From positions 558,156 to 622,000 of the forward strand of contig JAWQFM010000008.1 in NCBI GenBank assembly GCA_033442325.1: 63,845 bases of DNA. Reading direction: 5' to 3'. The stretch comes from Salpingoeca rosetta. Lineage: Eukaryota > Protista > Choanoflagellata. Both the position numbers and the translations under genes were made by a program. Shown piece by piece: positions 23,201-36,250 of this stretch. Each line of letters starts with the position of its first letter. The first letter of the stretch is position 1. The notes beneath the pieces were generated by a model that had not been told where the DNA came from, did no database searches, and was given only the letters and a program-made list of their open reading frames with translations.

Positions 23201-25984
23201 CTCGCCCAGACACATGTGCTGCTGGGCAAAGTGAAGCAGAGGCCAGAGGAGGAGGCCCAGTTGCAGCGCTTCTTCGAACAGGCGAGCCAGCGCGCTGGTG
23301 GGCTCTCGACTGGTGGCGCTGATGGTGCTGCGTCCACCTACTACAGCGACGGCAGTGATGACGATGAAGACTTGCTTGCGTCGCGCACGGACACGAGCAG
23401 CGAGGGTGAGCTTGTTGGGGACTCGGCCAGTGCACCTGGTGCAGCGGCAGCAAGTTCCTACGATGAGAGTGATATCCTTGCTGATGGCAGCGACGACGGT
23501 GATTTGGAAGGGTTGGTCGTCGCCACTACTGGCGCCACGAGCAACAGTGGCGGCAGTGGCACGGGTGCATTCGACTTGCGCCATTTCTTGTCCTTTGGCG
23601 ATGAGGACCCTGTCAGCGATGTTGCTGGGCGTGGCCACAACGACCACGGCGGTGAGGAGGAGGTCAGCGCAGTGAAAGCGCCACTCAACAGCGTTCGGGA
23701 CACGGCATTGGAGCAGGCACAACCACAGCCACAACAACACAACAAGCGGCAGGAACTTACTCAGCTGCACAAGCAGCCTCAAACCACGCATCTTCAGCGC
23801 CAATCACAGCAGAAACAACAGCAGAAACAACAGCAGCAACAAGAGAAGCAGCCACAGGGACGACAGCAACAAGCTACATCAATGCAGGGGACTGCTGCTT
23901 CCACTGACACGGAGGCTGCTGACACAGAGTCGAGTGATAGTCCCAAGGATGTGGACGTCGCAGCCCGCCTGCGCATGGCGTTGGCACGCGGTGCACACGT
24001 GACGCTGGCAACGGAGGAGGACGTGGATGAGGCAATGACGTTGCTTGAGTCGCTTGCACACGCAGGACAGGTGCAGCAGTGCCTCACACTCCGCAATGCA
24101 CTTCTCCACCCGCTCACCCCTGCGCATGCACCCGCCAGTGCTGGTCGTGCGAGTGCAGGTGGTGTTGGGGAGGGGACGTATGACGATGCCGCCGCCGCCA
24201 CGCGCGCGTCTTCCGCAGTGGAGCCGCTGCTGTGCCTGGCGTTTGCCGTGGCAGACCAGCCAACAGCAGCGCGCGAGCATGCGCGGCGCGTGGCCCAAAC
24301 CGATGAGCACCTGGGTGCGGAGTGCCTGCGGGCGACTATTGGCGGGTGTCTGGAGGCCAACAACCCCTGGGCGGCGTATGAGGCGCTGCAGGAGATGGTA
24401 GCGAGCGGTGTGGATGTGCGAGCAAGCGACTTTGTTGACGTGTTGGAGGTGAGCATCGAGGCTGGCAACCGCAGAAACGTGGCACGCGTGCTGTCGCTCA
24501 TGGACACATCGCACGTGCAGCCGAACTTGCGTGTGTACCGGCTGCGTCTTGATGACCTGCTGGCGCGTGGGGACATGAACGCGCTCGCAGTCGTGCTTGA
24601 GGAAGCGCTGTCGCACCGCCGCTTCCCGCGCCGCGCCTTCACCAAGTACATTCGCCTCGTGTACGGCGCTGACGACCACGAGGGCGAGGAGCAGCAGCGC
24701 GAGCGCAGGCTTGCTGCCGCTGTTGCCGGCGCAGGGAAGGTGGCGGCGGCGCTGTACGCACACGCGCCGCTGCCGCGCAAATTTGAACACAAGGACGCTG
24801 TGCGCGCTGCTCGCGTGTTTGCGATGCTGGCCGAGGTGGAGCTGGCCGAGCGGCTGGTGGAGGAGATGGAGGGCCGCGGTGTGGAGACGGGGCCGGCAAT
24901 CTGGAACGCGCTGTTGCGGGCAGCCGCACGTCGTGACGGTGTGGCGGGTGTGCTAGCGAGCGCGCATGCCATGCACGCCGCAGGGCAGCCCTTTGATGCC
25001 GGGTCGTATGCTGCGGTGCTCTCGGCGCTGGTGTCTCCGCACGCCAGCAGCGAGGAGAGCATCTACCCGCCGCCACTGGCATCGTCGCAGCCGCCGCACG
25101 CGGGACCGGCAGCAGACAGTGATGAGGAACCTGGTTGGGCTCACAAGCCGCCCCACAGCCACCAACACAGGCGGGTAGTGGCGGCTGTGGCGAGGACGCC
25201 TGGCGCCAGCGTGGAGGACGCGCAGTCTCCAGAAAGCGCCGTCAGCACGCTGTGCGGGTTCCTGCAGGTGCTTGAGCGGCCGTTGTCGCTGTCTGCGTTC
25301 CACGCCATTCTGGAGAGCTGCGTGCAGCTTGGGCAGCCTGACCTGGCGCAGGCGACGGTGAGCGCCATGCAAGCGCGTGGGGTGCGGCCGAGCGTCCGCA
25401 GCTGCGAGCTGCTGATGCGCACACACGAGCGGCACGGCGATCTTCGCGGTGCAGAGCGCGTGTTGGAATCGATGCACAGCTGGGGGCTGCGGCCACCTGT
25501 GCCGCTGTTCAGGCGGCTGCTACAGGTGTATGCGTTTGGGGGCCGGCCAGAGGACATCACGCGCGTTGTGGAGCTGATGCAGTCGGAAGGGATTGACCTG
25601 AACGAGGACAGCATCAACGCGCTGGTGGCCGCGTACTGTTCGTCGGGCCGCCCACTGCAGGCCAAGACAGTGGCAGACAACCTGGAGGATGCCGGGTACA
25701 CGGTGACGCACGTGGCATACAGCAACCTGATGAAGGCGTTTGTGCGCGAGCGCCACTTTGACCGGGCGGTGGAGGCCTTTGATCGTGTTGCCGAGAGCGG
25801 GCAGCCAAACGCATACAGCTTCCATCTCGCCCTCGTGTTGGCGGAGGCGCTCGGGGACAAGGAGTTGGACAAGCGGGCTCGGGCGCTGCTTGCTGCTGCA
25901 AACATGGCTGTTGACCCACGGCTGCTGGCAGCGCTGCGAAGACAGCTGCAGGGACAGCAGCAGCAGCAGCAGCAGCAGCAGTGA
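18008..25984 (+). CDS. Large pentatricopeptide-repeat (PPR) protein, probably mitochondrial; one intron 21725-22183
   Basis: 35-aa helical repeats such as LYTQVISRLCKEGDPISAIEV, TFRLIMDTLATRGKYKEASEFF, AFHAILESCVQLGQPDLA and AYSNLMKAFVRERHFDRAVEAF. The N-terminus is Arg/His/Ser-rich and acid-poor, like a presequence. A GT-repeat stretch is bounded by AAG|gtaac and tacag|AAG. Confidence 0.88.
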
Positions 25985-26877
25985 CAGTAGCAACACTAGG
26001 AGCAACGGCAGCGTGTTGGCTGTTGGAGATTTACGTTGATTGGTTCCCTCCCTTGCTTGCTCACTTGTGTGCGGTATCGTTATTGCATTGATGAAACATT
26101 TCACTCATCAACCTCAAAGGCCAGGTCACGTGTGTGTATGTTGTGTGTGTATGTGTGTATGCGTGTGTGTGTGCATGCGTGTGTGTGTGCATGCGTGTGT
26201 GTTCTGGGGTTCATTGGGTTGGCTTTGGCACTTGTTACTCGCCACCACCAACGCCAGAGCCCGTGATTGTCACGCGTGTGTGGGTTTGTTTAGCTGTGCT
26301 CTTGCTGTAGCTGTCATCTGGTGTAGTTGTGATGTTCATTAATATTGAAGCGTGTGTAACATACGCAGGCACATGGAGAAAATGGTGCGGAAGCAAACTG
26401 GCAGAGATGCAAGTGCACTCAACGAACAACACGTCTCATGTGTGTGTGTGTGTGTGTGTGTGTAATGGGCGGCCTGGCCACGTCGGCGTTGCTTGTGTGT
26501 GGAATCATGAAAGGGGAAGAAAAGCGAAAAGGATCGCAACCGTTCACTATGATCGGGATGCCACTGCAGACGAGAGAGAGAGAGAGAGAGAGAGTGTGTG
26601 TGTGTGTATGTGTGTATGAGTGTGCGTGCATGTATGTGAGTGTATGAGTGTATGTGTGTGTGTGTGAATGTGGCCAGAGAGAGAGAGAGTGTGTGTGTGT
26701 GTGTGTGTGCGTGTGTGCGCGTGCATGTATGTGAGTGTATGTGTGTGTATGCGTGTGTGTGTGTGTGTGTGGTGTTGCAGCAAAGTTTGATAGTTGGTGA
26801 TCCGTGCGGCGGTTCATGGTGGTGACACAATGATACAACCAAGCACAAAACAGCACACGTGGATCTCAACTCCACAT

Positions 26878-29567
26878 TCACATACCTCGGATGACCTCTG
26901 TGTCGACTTGACGAGGAGTTGCAGATCGCGACGAAAACGCAACAGTGCCGCTGCCGCTGCTGTTTGTGCTCAAGCTGCTCACGCTGGTGTTGACCATGCG
27001 TGCAGCAAGGTTCACGCTGTCACCATCGTCGTCGTCATCATCATCACTGCTGATGGGAGCCGGGGTTGCCTGAGCCGACATGGACTGCGGGTGCAGCGGT
27101 CGGCGCTCCGCATCGGCGTCGTCCATATCCTCCAGCTCGAGGGACGATGCGTCGTCGTCATCAATGCGCACGCGGTGCTCGCCTTGCTGCTGCTGCTGGT
27201 GGTGGTGGTGGTGGTGGTGGTTGTGGTTGTGGTTGTGCGGGGCGTGTGTGCCATTATGCTGGGCCTCCACTGCCTCCACAGCGTTGGCTTTGCAAAGCGG
27301 GCAGGTACCGCGGGCCGTGAGCCAGGGATCGATGCACGCAACGTGAAACTGAAATCAGGGCGCACGGTGCAGTGGTGGAGGTGAGAAACAGTCATCGAGA
27401 CGTACCAACACGCAATGTACATGTGTGCGTCAACGTGTTTGCGCTGGCACACACATCCATGACCTGCCGACTTACTTCGTGTCTGGGTGACGACGACGAT
27501 GATTGGCGCATTCATCCGCACGCGAATGCATACGCGCACAGAATGACATGTAACATGTGAGGTTTCGACCATACGAAAAGCAAGCACATCCACAGAAAAG
27601 GCCACAAACACGACAACAACCAATACGAAACAAACCAAATCACAGAACAGCACAATCACACGCACACACACACGCACATTTTGATGCACGCACACCTTCA
27701 TACACACATACACATTTTCATGCACACACGCACATTCATGCACACATGAACACAACAGTAGCCAACTCCATACCTGCAGGGTAGACATCGCAGCACGTCA
27801 CCATCCTCAAACTCTTCAATGCAAATTGCACACACGGGTTCGTCATCATCGTCGTCGTCATTGTTGTTGTTGTTGTTGTTGTTGTTGTCATTCGTGCAGG
27901 TGGTGTTGCTGCCGGCATTTGGTGCTGGCGCACATCGACTGTGGCATGACGGTGCCGATGGAGCTGATGCACATGTGGTGGCGGTGGAAGGTGTTGTTGC
28001 TGCCGGGCCATCACCATCACTCCGATCCGAACCAGCAGGTGCTGCGGTTGCGGTGCACTCTGGATTGCTCGAGAACCCAGCCGCTGCTGCTGTCGTTGCA
28101 CAGGCACTTGTCGCCTGCTGCTTTGGTCTGGGTCGACACATACACAAGCGGAACAGGAGATGATGGCGGGAACAGTAAGCGTGCATGAGCGCGCAATCGC
28201 GTGAACGGGAAGCAAGCAAACAGCATGAAAGTGAAGGGTTGAGGGGGTTGTGTGGACCGAAGAGGCAGTACAAATGCAGGCATGGCAGCAGATAGCAACG
28301 CAAGCGACACGCAATGGTGATCACAAAGTACGCGAAACAGAAGAGCACAGTGTGCAAAGACACAGCAAACAAAAGCAGCAGCAGCCATTATCAGGCATAC
28401 AAGCACGAACACAGCACAGCACACGGTCCATCAGTCTGCCGCATTACCTGCGGTGGTACGTGCGCGTCTCCATATGTTGGAGGGCCTGTGTTGCGCGGTC
28501 GTTGAAGCGGCCCTGCTCAACCACAACCCGCCGGTCAATCTGAATAGTGTTGTGGTGCCGGGGGGGATGGAGATGGAGATGGAGATGGGTGGAGGGGTGA
28601 ATCGATGGTCGGGGGAATGGAGATGGATGGAGAAGTGTGCATGGCATTGGTGAGTGACGGAAAGAACAATGTGGATCACGCATGCAGCACCATCATGGCA
28701 CACACACACACACACACACAAAGAGAAAAGCTATTTGCAAGCATTGCGCGTGTGCATACCCTGCGTTGGCAGAAGAGGCGGCGAAGGCCGTGCTGGCAGT
28801 AGACGGAGGACATGAACACAAACACGATGCACAGAACGATGAAGATGGCCGTGCGCGTGTAAAATGTCAGGGCCGCAAAGTCAATCGTCTCATACGGCTC
28901 AATCTGCACAGAGAGAGAGAGAGGTGTACGTGTGTGTGTGTGTGTGTGTGTTTGTGTGCGTGTGTGCGTGCGTGCGGGTGCGTGTGTGTGTGTGTGTTGT
29001 GCGCGTGTGAGTGAGAGTGAGAGAGTAAGAGAGTGAGCGAGAGCGAGCCTGAACGAGTGCGATTGTAAGAAGAGCAGGGTGATTGTGTCATCGTGGCTTG
29101 GCCTGAAGCAAACAAGCAGTGCACGTATGGCGTGTCATGACAGGCGAAAATTCATGTGTAGGGCGCACCGTGACGTTGAGGCTGCGGATGTTGACGTCGT
29201 TGCTGAGAAGATTGAGGCGTGCAGACACATCAGGGGTGCACGAGACGGAAGGGAACGAGAGCGCCTTGTCCTCGGTGGTCATGAGGATCACGCTCCCGCG
29301 CTGGCTGTGCACGTCGCTGATGATCATGCCGGCCATGCCATACGCCCGCGCCACATACGCCTGTTGGGAGGAAGCAAGCAAGGGGGCAGGAGCAGGTGAT
29401 TGACGAAGGTGAGGAGGGGTACGTGAATATGTCATGTGTGCGTACGCGTGTGTGTGTGTGTGCGTACGCGTGTGTGTGTGTGTCATGTGTGTGTGTGTGT
29501 GTGTGTTTTGGGGGGGTGAGTGTCTCATGGGTGTGTGTTGTGTTCAATGTGTGTGTGTGTTTGTTCA

Positions 29568-29646
<79 letters not shown>

Positions 29647-29965
29647 AACATCGACACTTGGGGCGCGTGATTCACTTGTACGGAGGGAAACTCAGGCAGA
29701 CAATTAAACACACACACAACCACACGCACACGCATTCAACTACATGGAGAAGACGGGACCTGTTGGGTGAAGGAGCAGTTGCTTGTGCGGTCAGCGAGCA
29801 TGAGCTTTGGCCGCGATGGCGGCGGCGGTGGCGTTGTCGGCAATTTACAGCTCTGGCAGTAACAATGACGAGGAAGATGAGGAAGAAGGAGGTAGAAGAC
29901 GAGTGCGTGTGTGAGAGTGTGCGTGCGTGCGTGCGTGCGTGTGTGTGTGCGTGTGTGTGTGTGTG

Positions 29966-30032
<67 letters not shown>

Positions 30033-30404
30033 GGTTCAGAATACACGTACGTGTGTGAGCTGGCTGTGCAAAGCACGCAAGAATGACGCCACTCACCACG
30101 CATGAAACATAAAGCACACCAAACGAACGCACCACCCGGCACACAAGCGCACTAGCCGTCCATGCCCGCCCACCTTCTCCGGGGCGAAGACGACGACTTC
30201 GCCGACGATGGGATTGGATGGAGAAAACTTGGCATAGAGTGTGTCTGTGAGTTTCTCGTGGAACACACGACCATCGACGCGGTAGGTGACAGATGTGTCC
30301 CCGAGAACAAAAGACGCTGCACTTGTCTCGGTCACAAAGCAGCCCATCAGCGCGAGCATCACTGCAAGGGCAATGGTTGCCATCGTCAGTGCATCACCAC
30401 CCAT
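26878..30404 (-). CDS. PA-TM-RING (RNF13/RNF167/Goliath-like) E3 ubiquitin ligase
   Basis: Signal peptide MATIALAVMLALMGC. PA motif LMLADRTSNCSFTQQ|AYVARAYGMAGMIISD. TM helix TAIFIVLCIVFVFM. RING-H2 [41 protein letters not shown], completed by microexon 27476-27482. Confidence 0.9.
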
Positions 30405-31424
30405 GTTGATGATGCTATCCGTAATGCAGCACAAGAAGAACCCTGGTCGCTGGTGTCCTGCAAGCATGCGTGCAGCGCAACGACATGAAATGAATCGATC
30501 GATGGTGACTTAAAGCTTGAGCAACACCTGAGACAGATAGAGTGACAGAGATCGACACAGACATCTACAAACAAACACACATGAACAAACACAACCACAA
30601 GTGGCATTTGGGGTGCTGTCCATCTCCCCTCCCCCTACACGTGCACACTCACGTACATACACGAGTTAGCATGCAAGCAAGACATGCAAGACATGCAAGC
30701 AAACATGTGCGTCTTCAATTACGGTCGATTTGATCTCTGCCTACCTGAACGGATGGAGGAGGACTGACGAGTGGGTGGGTGTGCGGCGTTATGTGCACGC
30801 GATGAAGCAGGGAGATCGGCGACTGCGAGTATGTGTGTGTGTGTGAATGACCGCTTGTTGGATGTTGTGACGGTGTTTCCTTTTCCTTGGCGGCGTCCCC
30901 GTGTGTGAGCGAAGGGTGCGGTGGTGGCTGCGAGTGCTGACAGGGGTGCTTCGCTGGCAGCAAGAGGGCAGAGTTGAGGAGGACGGGAAAGAACGCAATG
31001 TTTGTGTTCCCTGAAGAAAATTCTTTAATACTTTTAACGAAATTCTACCAATGCGGTTGTTCGTGTGTTGTTGTTGTTGAGAAGACGTGGTGCGTGCATT
31101 GTTCGCACCACGCGCGTCTCTGACCTTCCCTGCTCCACACGCCCTCTTCCACGTCCATCGTCGACGTCCATCGTCGACGTTATAGTGCCGCCTCTATAGC
31201 CACTCTTCTGCTTCCCCCCTCTCTCTCTCCCTCCTGTCATCGCCTGGCTGGAGCTCCACTTCATCCTTCATGCCATTCTTTTACTGCAAGGAAAAAACAA
31301 ACACAATGAAAGGAATAAACGAACAGACAAAAAGTGCGACGGAGTAGGGACGGTGTGTGTGTGCCGGGGATGTGTAGCTTTGGGTGAGGTGGCTGTTTGC
31401 AGCGTGGTAGTGCTGCTGGTGGTG

Positions 31425-34144
31425 TTAGACGTGGCTGTCACCTGTAGCAGCTGCTGGGTCGGCATCGCCGCTGCTGTGTTCATGGCCACCGTTGCTGGCA
31501 CTGTTGGAACCGCTTGTGGTCTGGTTCTCCCGAGAATCGCCAGCTGCAGTAGCCATGGGGACGTTACCCGACATGCCTGTGGGATGTGACTGGGGATGCT
31601 GGTGCTGCTGGTGCTGTTGGTTTTGCTGGTGCTGCTGGTGCTGGTGCTGTTGGTGTTGCTGCTGGTGCTGCTGGTGCTGGTGCTGTTGGTGTTGCTGCTG
31701 TTGCTGTTGGTGTTGCTGCTGTTGGTGTTGCTGGTGCTGCTGGTGGATTGTGTGTGGCATCCAGAATGGTCCCTGCGGCAGCTGCAGTGCCTCCACTTCT
31801 GCCCCACCCGACACGCTCGCTGCTGTGGAGGCCGGCACAGGTGTCTCTGCTGACGGTGCTGACGGTGTTGCTTTGGTAGCGGCAGCCAGGGCCGTCGCAG
31901 ACGCTGCTGTTGACGTTGTAGCCTGGGACGTGACGGTACAGGGCACTGTCAGGGCGATGAGTGGCGTGGCTGCTGGCGTGGCTGTTGTTGGGGCCGTTGC
32001 ACTCGAAGATGTTGGGGCTGTTGAGGTGTTGGCGGTTGTTGTGGCGGTTGCACTCGACGTTGTTGGCGCTACTGTCGTGGCTACTGTAGCCGTGGGGCTT
32101 GTCACAGTGCCTGTTGAGCCTGCTGGCGTTGTAGTTGTTGCTGCAGTCGGTGCTGTTGCAGCTGTGATTGTATCTGTTGTTGAGGCGGATGCTGCCACGG
32201 CGGCCCGCGGTGTTGTTGCCGTACCGCCCTGCCCAGGCACGTCCATCAACGTCTACAATCGTGTTGTGTGGGAGGAGACGCAAGAAGCAGGTACGGGTTG
32301 GGGTGAGATGGGGTGGCAGGAAGACAAAATGAGCAACCATAGTTTGCCCGCAGAAGCAGGAGGGTTGTACTCGCCCAGGAGAAACAATAACAGGAACACC
32401 ATACTCATCGAGACACGCACAGACAGAAAGAAAGACACGTCCACACCCACGCGCGCATGAACGGGGGAAGCGATTCACACGCAAGCACGAGCACAAGCAC
32501 GAGCACGAGCACGAGCACAAGCACAAGCACAAGCACGAGTAGGCACGAGCAAGCACAAGCACACGCACGCACACAGACACACACGTACACACACACACAC
32601 GCGCACCTGCTTTGGGCCCCGCAGGTATCCTTCGCGAACAAGAAACCGCTGGGTGGCGCGGAGGGCGGCCTTGTAGTCTTTGGGATCGTCGGCCCCATCG
32701 TCCGTCTTGTCCACCTTCACCAAGTCATGGCGGCGCAGCAGCACGAGCACGTGCGCAGCCGTCACGTTGTTGGTCTCCCTGTGCTGCTGCTGCACATAGT
32801 CGCGGACGAGCTTGCGCACGTCGTCGGTGGCCGGCACGCGCGTCTTGAGCTTTGTCTTCTTGCCTCGCAAGTTGGTTACTTTGAATGGGCCTGCATCCGT
32901 CTTTGCCTGAGCTCCCTGCACACTCACATACCACAGAAGCAACGTGGGATGTGCGTGTGAGTATGTGTGAGTGTGTGTGAGTGTGAGAGTGTGTGAGTGT
33001 GTGTGTGTGTGTGAGTGAGTGAGTGTGTGTGTGTGAGAGTGAAAGAGAGTGGGTGGTGTGTGTGTGTATTTACATGTTCCGATGTTTGTATATGCTTTTG
33101 ATTGTATGTCGGTGTGTGTGCGAGTGTGTGCGAGTGTGTGCTGAAGTGTGTGCTGAAGTGCAAAAGGCAGAGTGTATCTTGGTGATTGACGCTCAACCCC
33201 ACCGTGTCGCCTGGTTTTGCCTGGTCTTGGCCCTTCTGCTCATGCCGGCTGTTCCAGCGAGCGTACGCGTGTCCAACTGTTGCCACACCGTATCTGCGAA
33301 CCACAGGCAAACGCCACCAAAGGTGCAGTCGCATCACATCAGGTATGGCCAAGCAAGTGAGTGTGCATGAGGGTCGTGCGCAAGACAAGTAAACATCGCA
33401 ACGGGAAACAGCAGGCACGCACCAAACACTCGCATACATATGAACACATGTGCACACACACACACACGCACACATATGAATACACACGCACACTCGCAAC
33501 AAACATACACACATACACACATACACCCATCCACACATACACACATACACATGCACATACATGCACACACATGAAACCCACACACGCATATGCGCCCACA
33601 TCACGCACCCGAGGAGGTCTGCAACGCGCTGCTGGATGTTGGCTGCAGATTCCAGCTTGACACCGGCTTGCCGCTGTGCTGCTTGTTCCACTTTCAGCTG
33701 TAAGTACACGTGCACGATGTTCATCAGTTCGCGTTCTGTCAGAGCACTTCGTCCCCGCATATCCTTGAGCTCCTTGAGCTCGCTCTCCAGTTGCTCCACG
33801 TCCCGCGCCACAGACGCAGAGCGGCGCGGCCTCTTCGGCAGGGGCTGGTCGTGACCGCTGCTACCGGTTGCTGCCGTTACCGTTGCTGTCGTGGCAGGTG
33901 CCACTGGTTGTGCTGGCGGTGCAGGTGTTGGCACAGCGGTAGCCGTTGGCGCTGCTGTTCCGCTCGTTGAGGAGGAAGCGGCGCTTGTTGGCGTCGTGCC
34001 TGTTGAAGCGGGTGCCACTGCTGACGCCATGGATGTGCTTGCCATTGGTGTTCCCGTCGCTGGTGCCGCCGTTGCTGGTGTTGGCGTGGCAGTTGCCGGT
34101 GGCAGCACCACCGCTGTCTCCTGCTGCACGACACGATCCCCCAT
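31425..34144 (-). CDS. Transposase-derived HTH protein without DDE domain (paralog of the gene at 1-2582), with Thr/Ala-rich and Gln/His-rich flanks
   Basis: Exons 34144-33609, 33293-33203, 32915-32607 and 32252-31425 join in frame. LKDMRGRSALTERE, QRVADLLG|YGVATV, TRVPATDDVRKLVRDYV and KAALRATQRFLVREGYLR align with the transposase N-terminus. NLS-like PKRPRR. Confidence 0.8.
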
Positions 34145-34169
34145 CCCTCAGCCTCTCGCCGTTATGGGT

Positions 34170-34225
<56 letters not shown>

Positions 34226-34435
34226 GTGGGGGTTGCGCTCCTCACGACAGCAGCGAATGCAAAACAGGGAAACACGAAAACAAAACCAAAACAAACGCGC
34301 CAGAAGCAACGAGAGTGCCAACAACAAGACGCAAGCAAGACGACGACGCAGCCACTGACACAGCACACAGCGACACACAGCGACACACAACGACACAGCT
34401 TCCGACGACAACAACGACAGAAGCGCGGAGCAACA

Positions 34436-35492
34436 ATGGCGATGGCAGCCAAGGCGATCCAGGAGTGGTACAGGCGTGCAGAGGTGCCCACGGTGAAGGG
34501 CGGGAGCTTCACGTCAGAGTGGGCAGCCGCTGCCAGCAAGGACAGCGGAAGCAGCCCGCTCGTCGACACCGTGGAGGTTGTGCTTGGTCACAACATCCCG
34601 GACGCGCAGGAGAAGCGCACGTACCGGCGCACGCTCACGGTCGTGCGTGGCGCAGACGGTACCTCTGTGGACACGGTCGTGCGCAGCGCCGCCGTCGACA
34701 CAACCGGTGTCTCGGAGCACGTGCGCGTGCTCGCAGCCTCCAAGAAGTTTGCATTCACCGCCTCCAACCCAGCCGAAGGTGGCAGCAGCAACGGCAACGG
34801 CAACGGTGGCGGCGCTCGCGTCAACATTGTCGGCAGGAACGGCTGCCTGGCCACGGCAGACTGCAAGAAACTGCACGGGAAGGTGTTGCCCCTGGACAAC
34901 ACGTTTGGCGGCGCTGCCTTCACCGATGACGAAGAAACCGTCTACTACGTCGCCGTGACCAACCCGCCCAAGGAGACAACATGGTATTGGATGTGTGCGT
35001 GTGTTTGTGTGCGTGTGTATCAACTTTGCATCTTCCTCGCACACCTCTACTCATCTCATACCGCCCCTCGATCCTAAGACACGATGAGTGCGCGTCGAGC
35101 TCACTCCCCACATGTCTGCGTTTTGGTGACAGGTGGGGCCCAAAGGCCGAGGACAACGACGAGAAGAAAGAGGGGGAGGAGAAACACACCCTCAGCACCA
35201 AGTACGAGACGCGCGACAACTGGGGCGAGGCGCACGTTGGCATTGGCGAGACGGCCATCTTCCGCTGGCAGTGGCAAACGCCCGGCACCAAGCCCGAGAA
35301 GGTGAATGTGCAACTCCCAACGACGGACAGCAGCAACAAGAAGACGCTGGGCGAGGTGGCCGTGCGTGGGCAGCGCATGGCTTTCGTCGCCTGGGACAAC
35401 GGCAAAGGCCGCCCCCTCGGCGCCCAGTACTGCATCAACCGCAACACCGCGTGAGTGCTTCATGTGTGCGTGCGTGCGTGTGTGTGTGTGTG

Positions 35493-35523
<31 letters not shown>

Positions 35524-36192
35524 ACATGTACGTATGTGCGTGTGTGCATGTACGTATGTACGTATGTGTGTGTTCGTATGTGTGTGTGTGTACGTGTGTG
35601 TACATATACGTATGTGTGTGTGTGTGTGTGTACGTATGTGTGTTCGTATGTGTGTGTATGTTGCGCGTGCACATACTCCCATACACACACGTTGCCTCTG
35701 CTGTGATCATTACCACTCGCACATGACGTGTTCACTGCTTGCAGCGTGTACGTCGCCGACCTTGATGGGTCCAACGTGAAGCAAATTTCAGACGACGGCG
35801 TCCACAGCTGCCTCGCACCCAGGGTACTTGCCCTCGCTTCCAGCACAGCACAGCACGTCCATGCATCCATCCATCCGTCCATCCATCCATCCATCCATCC
35901 ATGTATCCTTGCGCTCATGTCACCCGAGTATGCAAACCCACGGGCATGCTGACACGCTCCTACCCACCACCTGACACTACCCCCCCCCATACGTGTGAAC
36001 ACCTGTTTGCGTATGTGCATGTGCATGTGTGTGCATGTGCGAACGCGTGCAGTTCTCGCCAGACGGTGCGCGTGTTGTGTGGATGCAAACCAACGCTGAC
36101 GGCCCCCACCGCCGCGCCAGCGCTGTTGTTGCCCACACCTTTGACACCGGCGCCAACACCACGCTCGTCCCTCCCACAGGTGTGCTGCGACT

Positions 36193-36250
<58 letters not shown>

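Noticed and set aside
22262-25905. Long minus-strand ORFs (513, 422, 303, 254 aa) opposite the PPR gene
   Set aside because: Antisense shadows of a GC-rich coding strand with no recognisable motifs.
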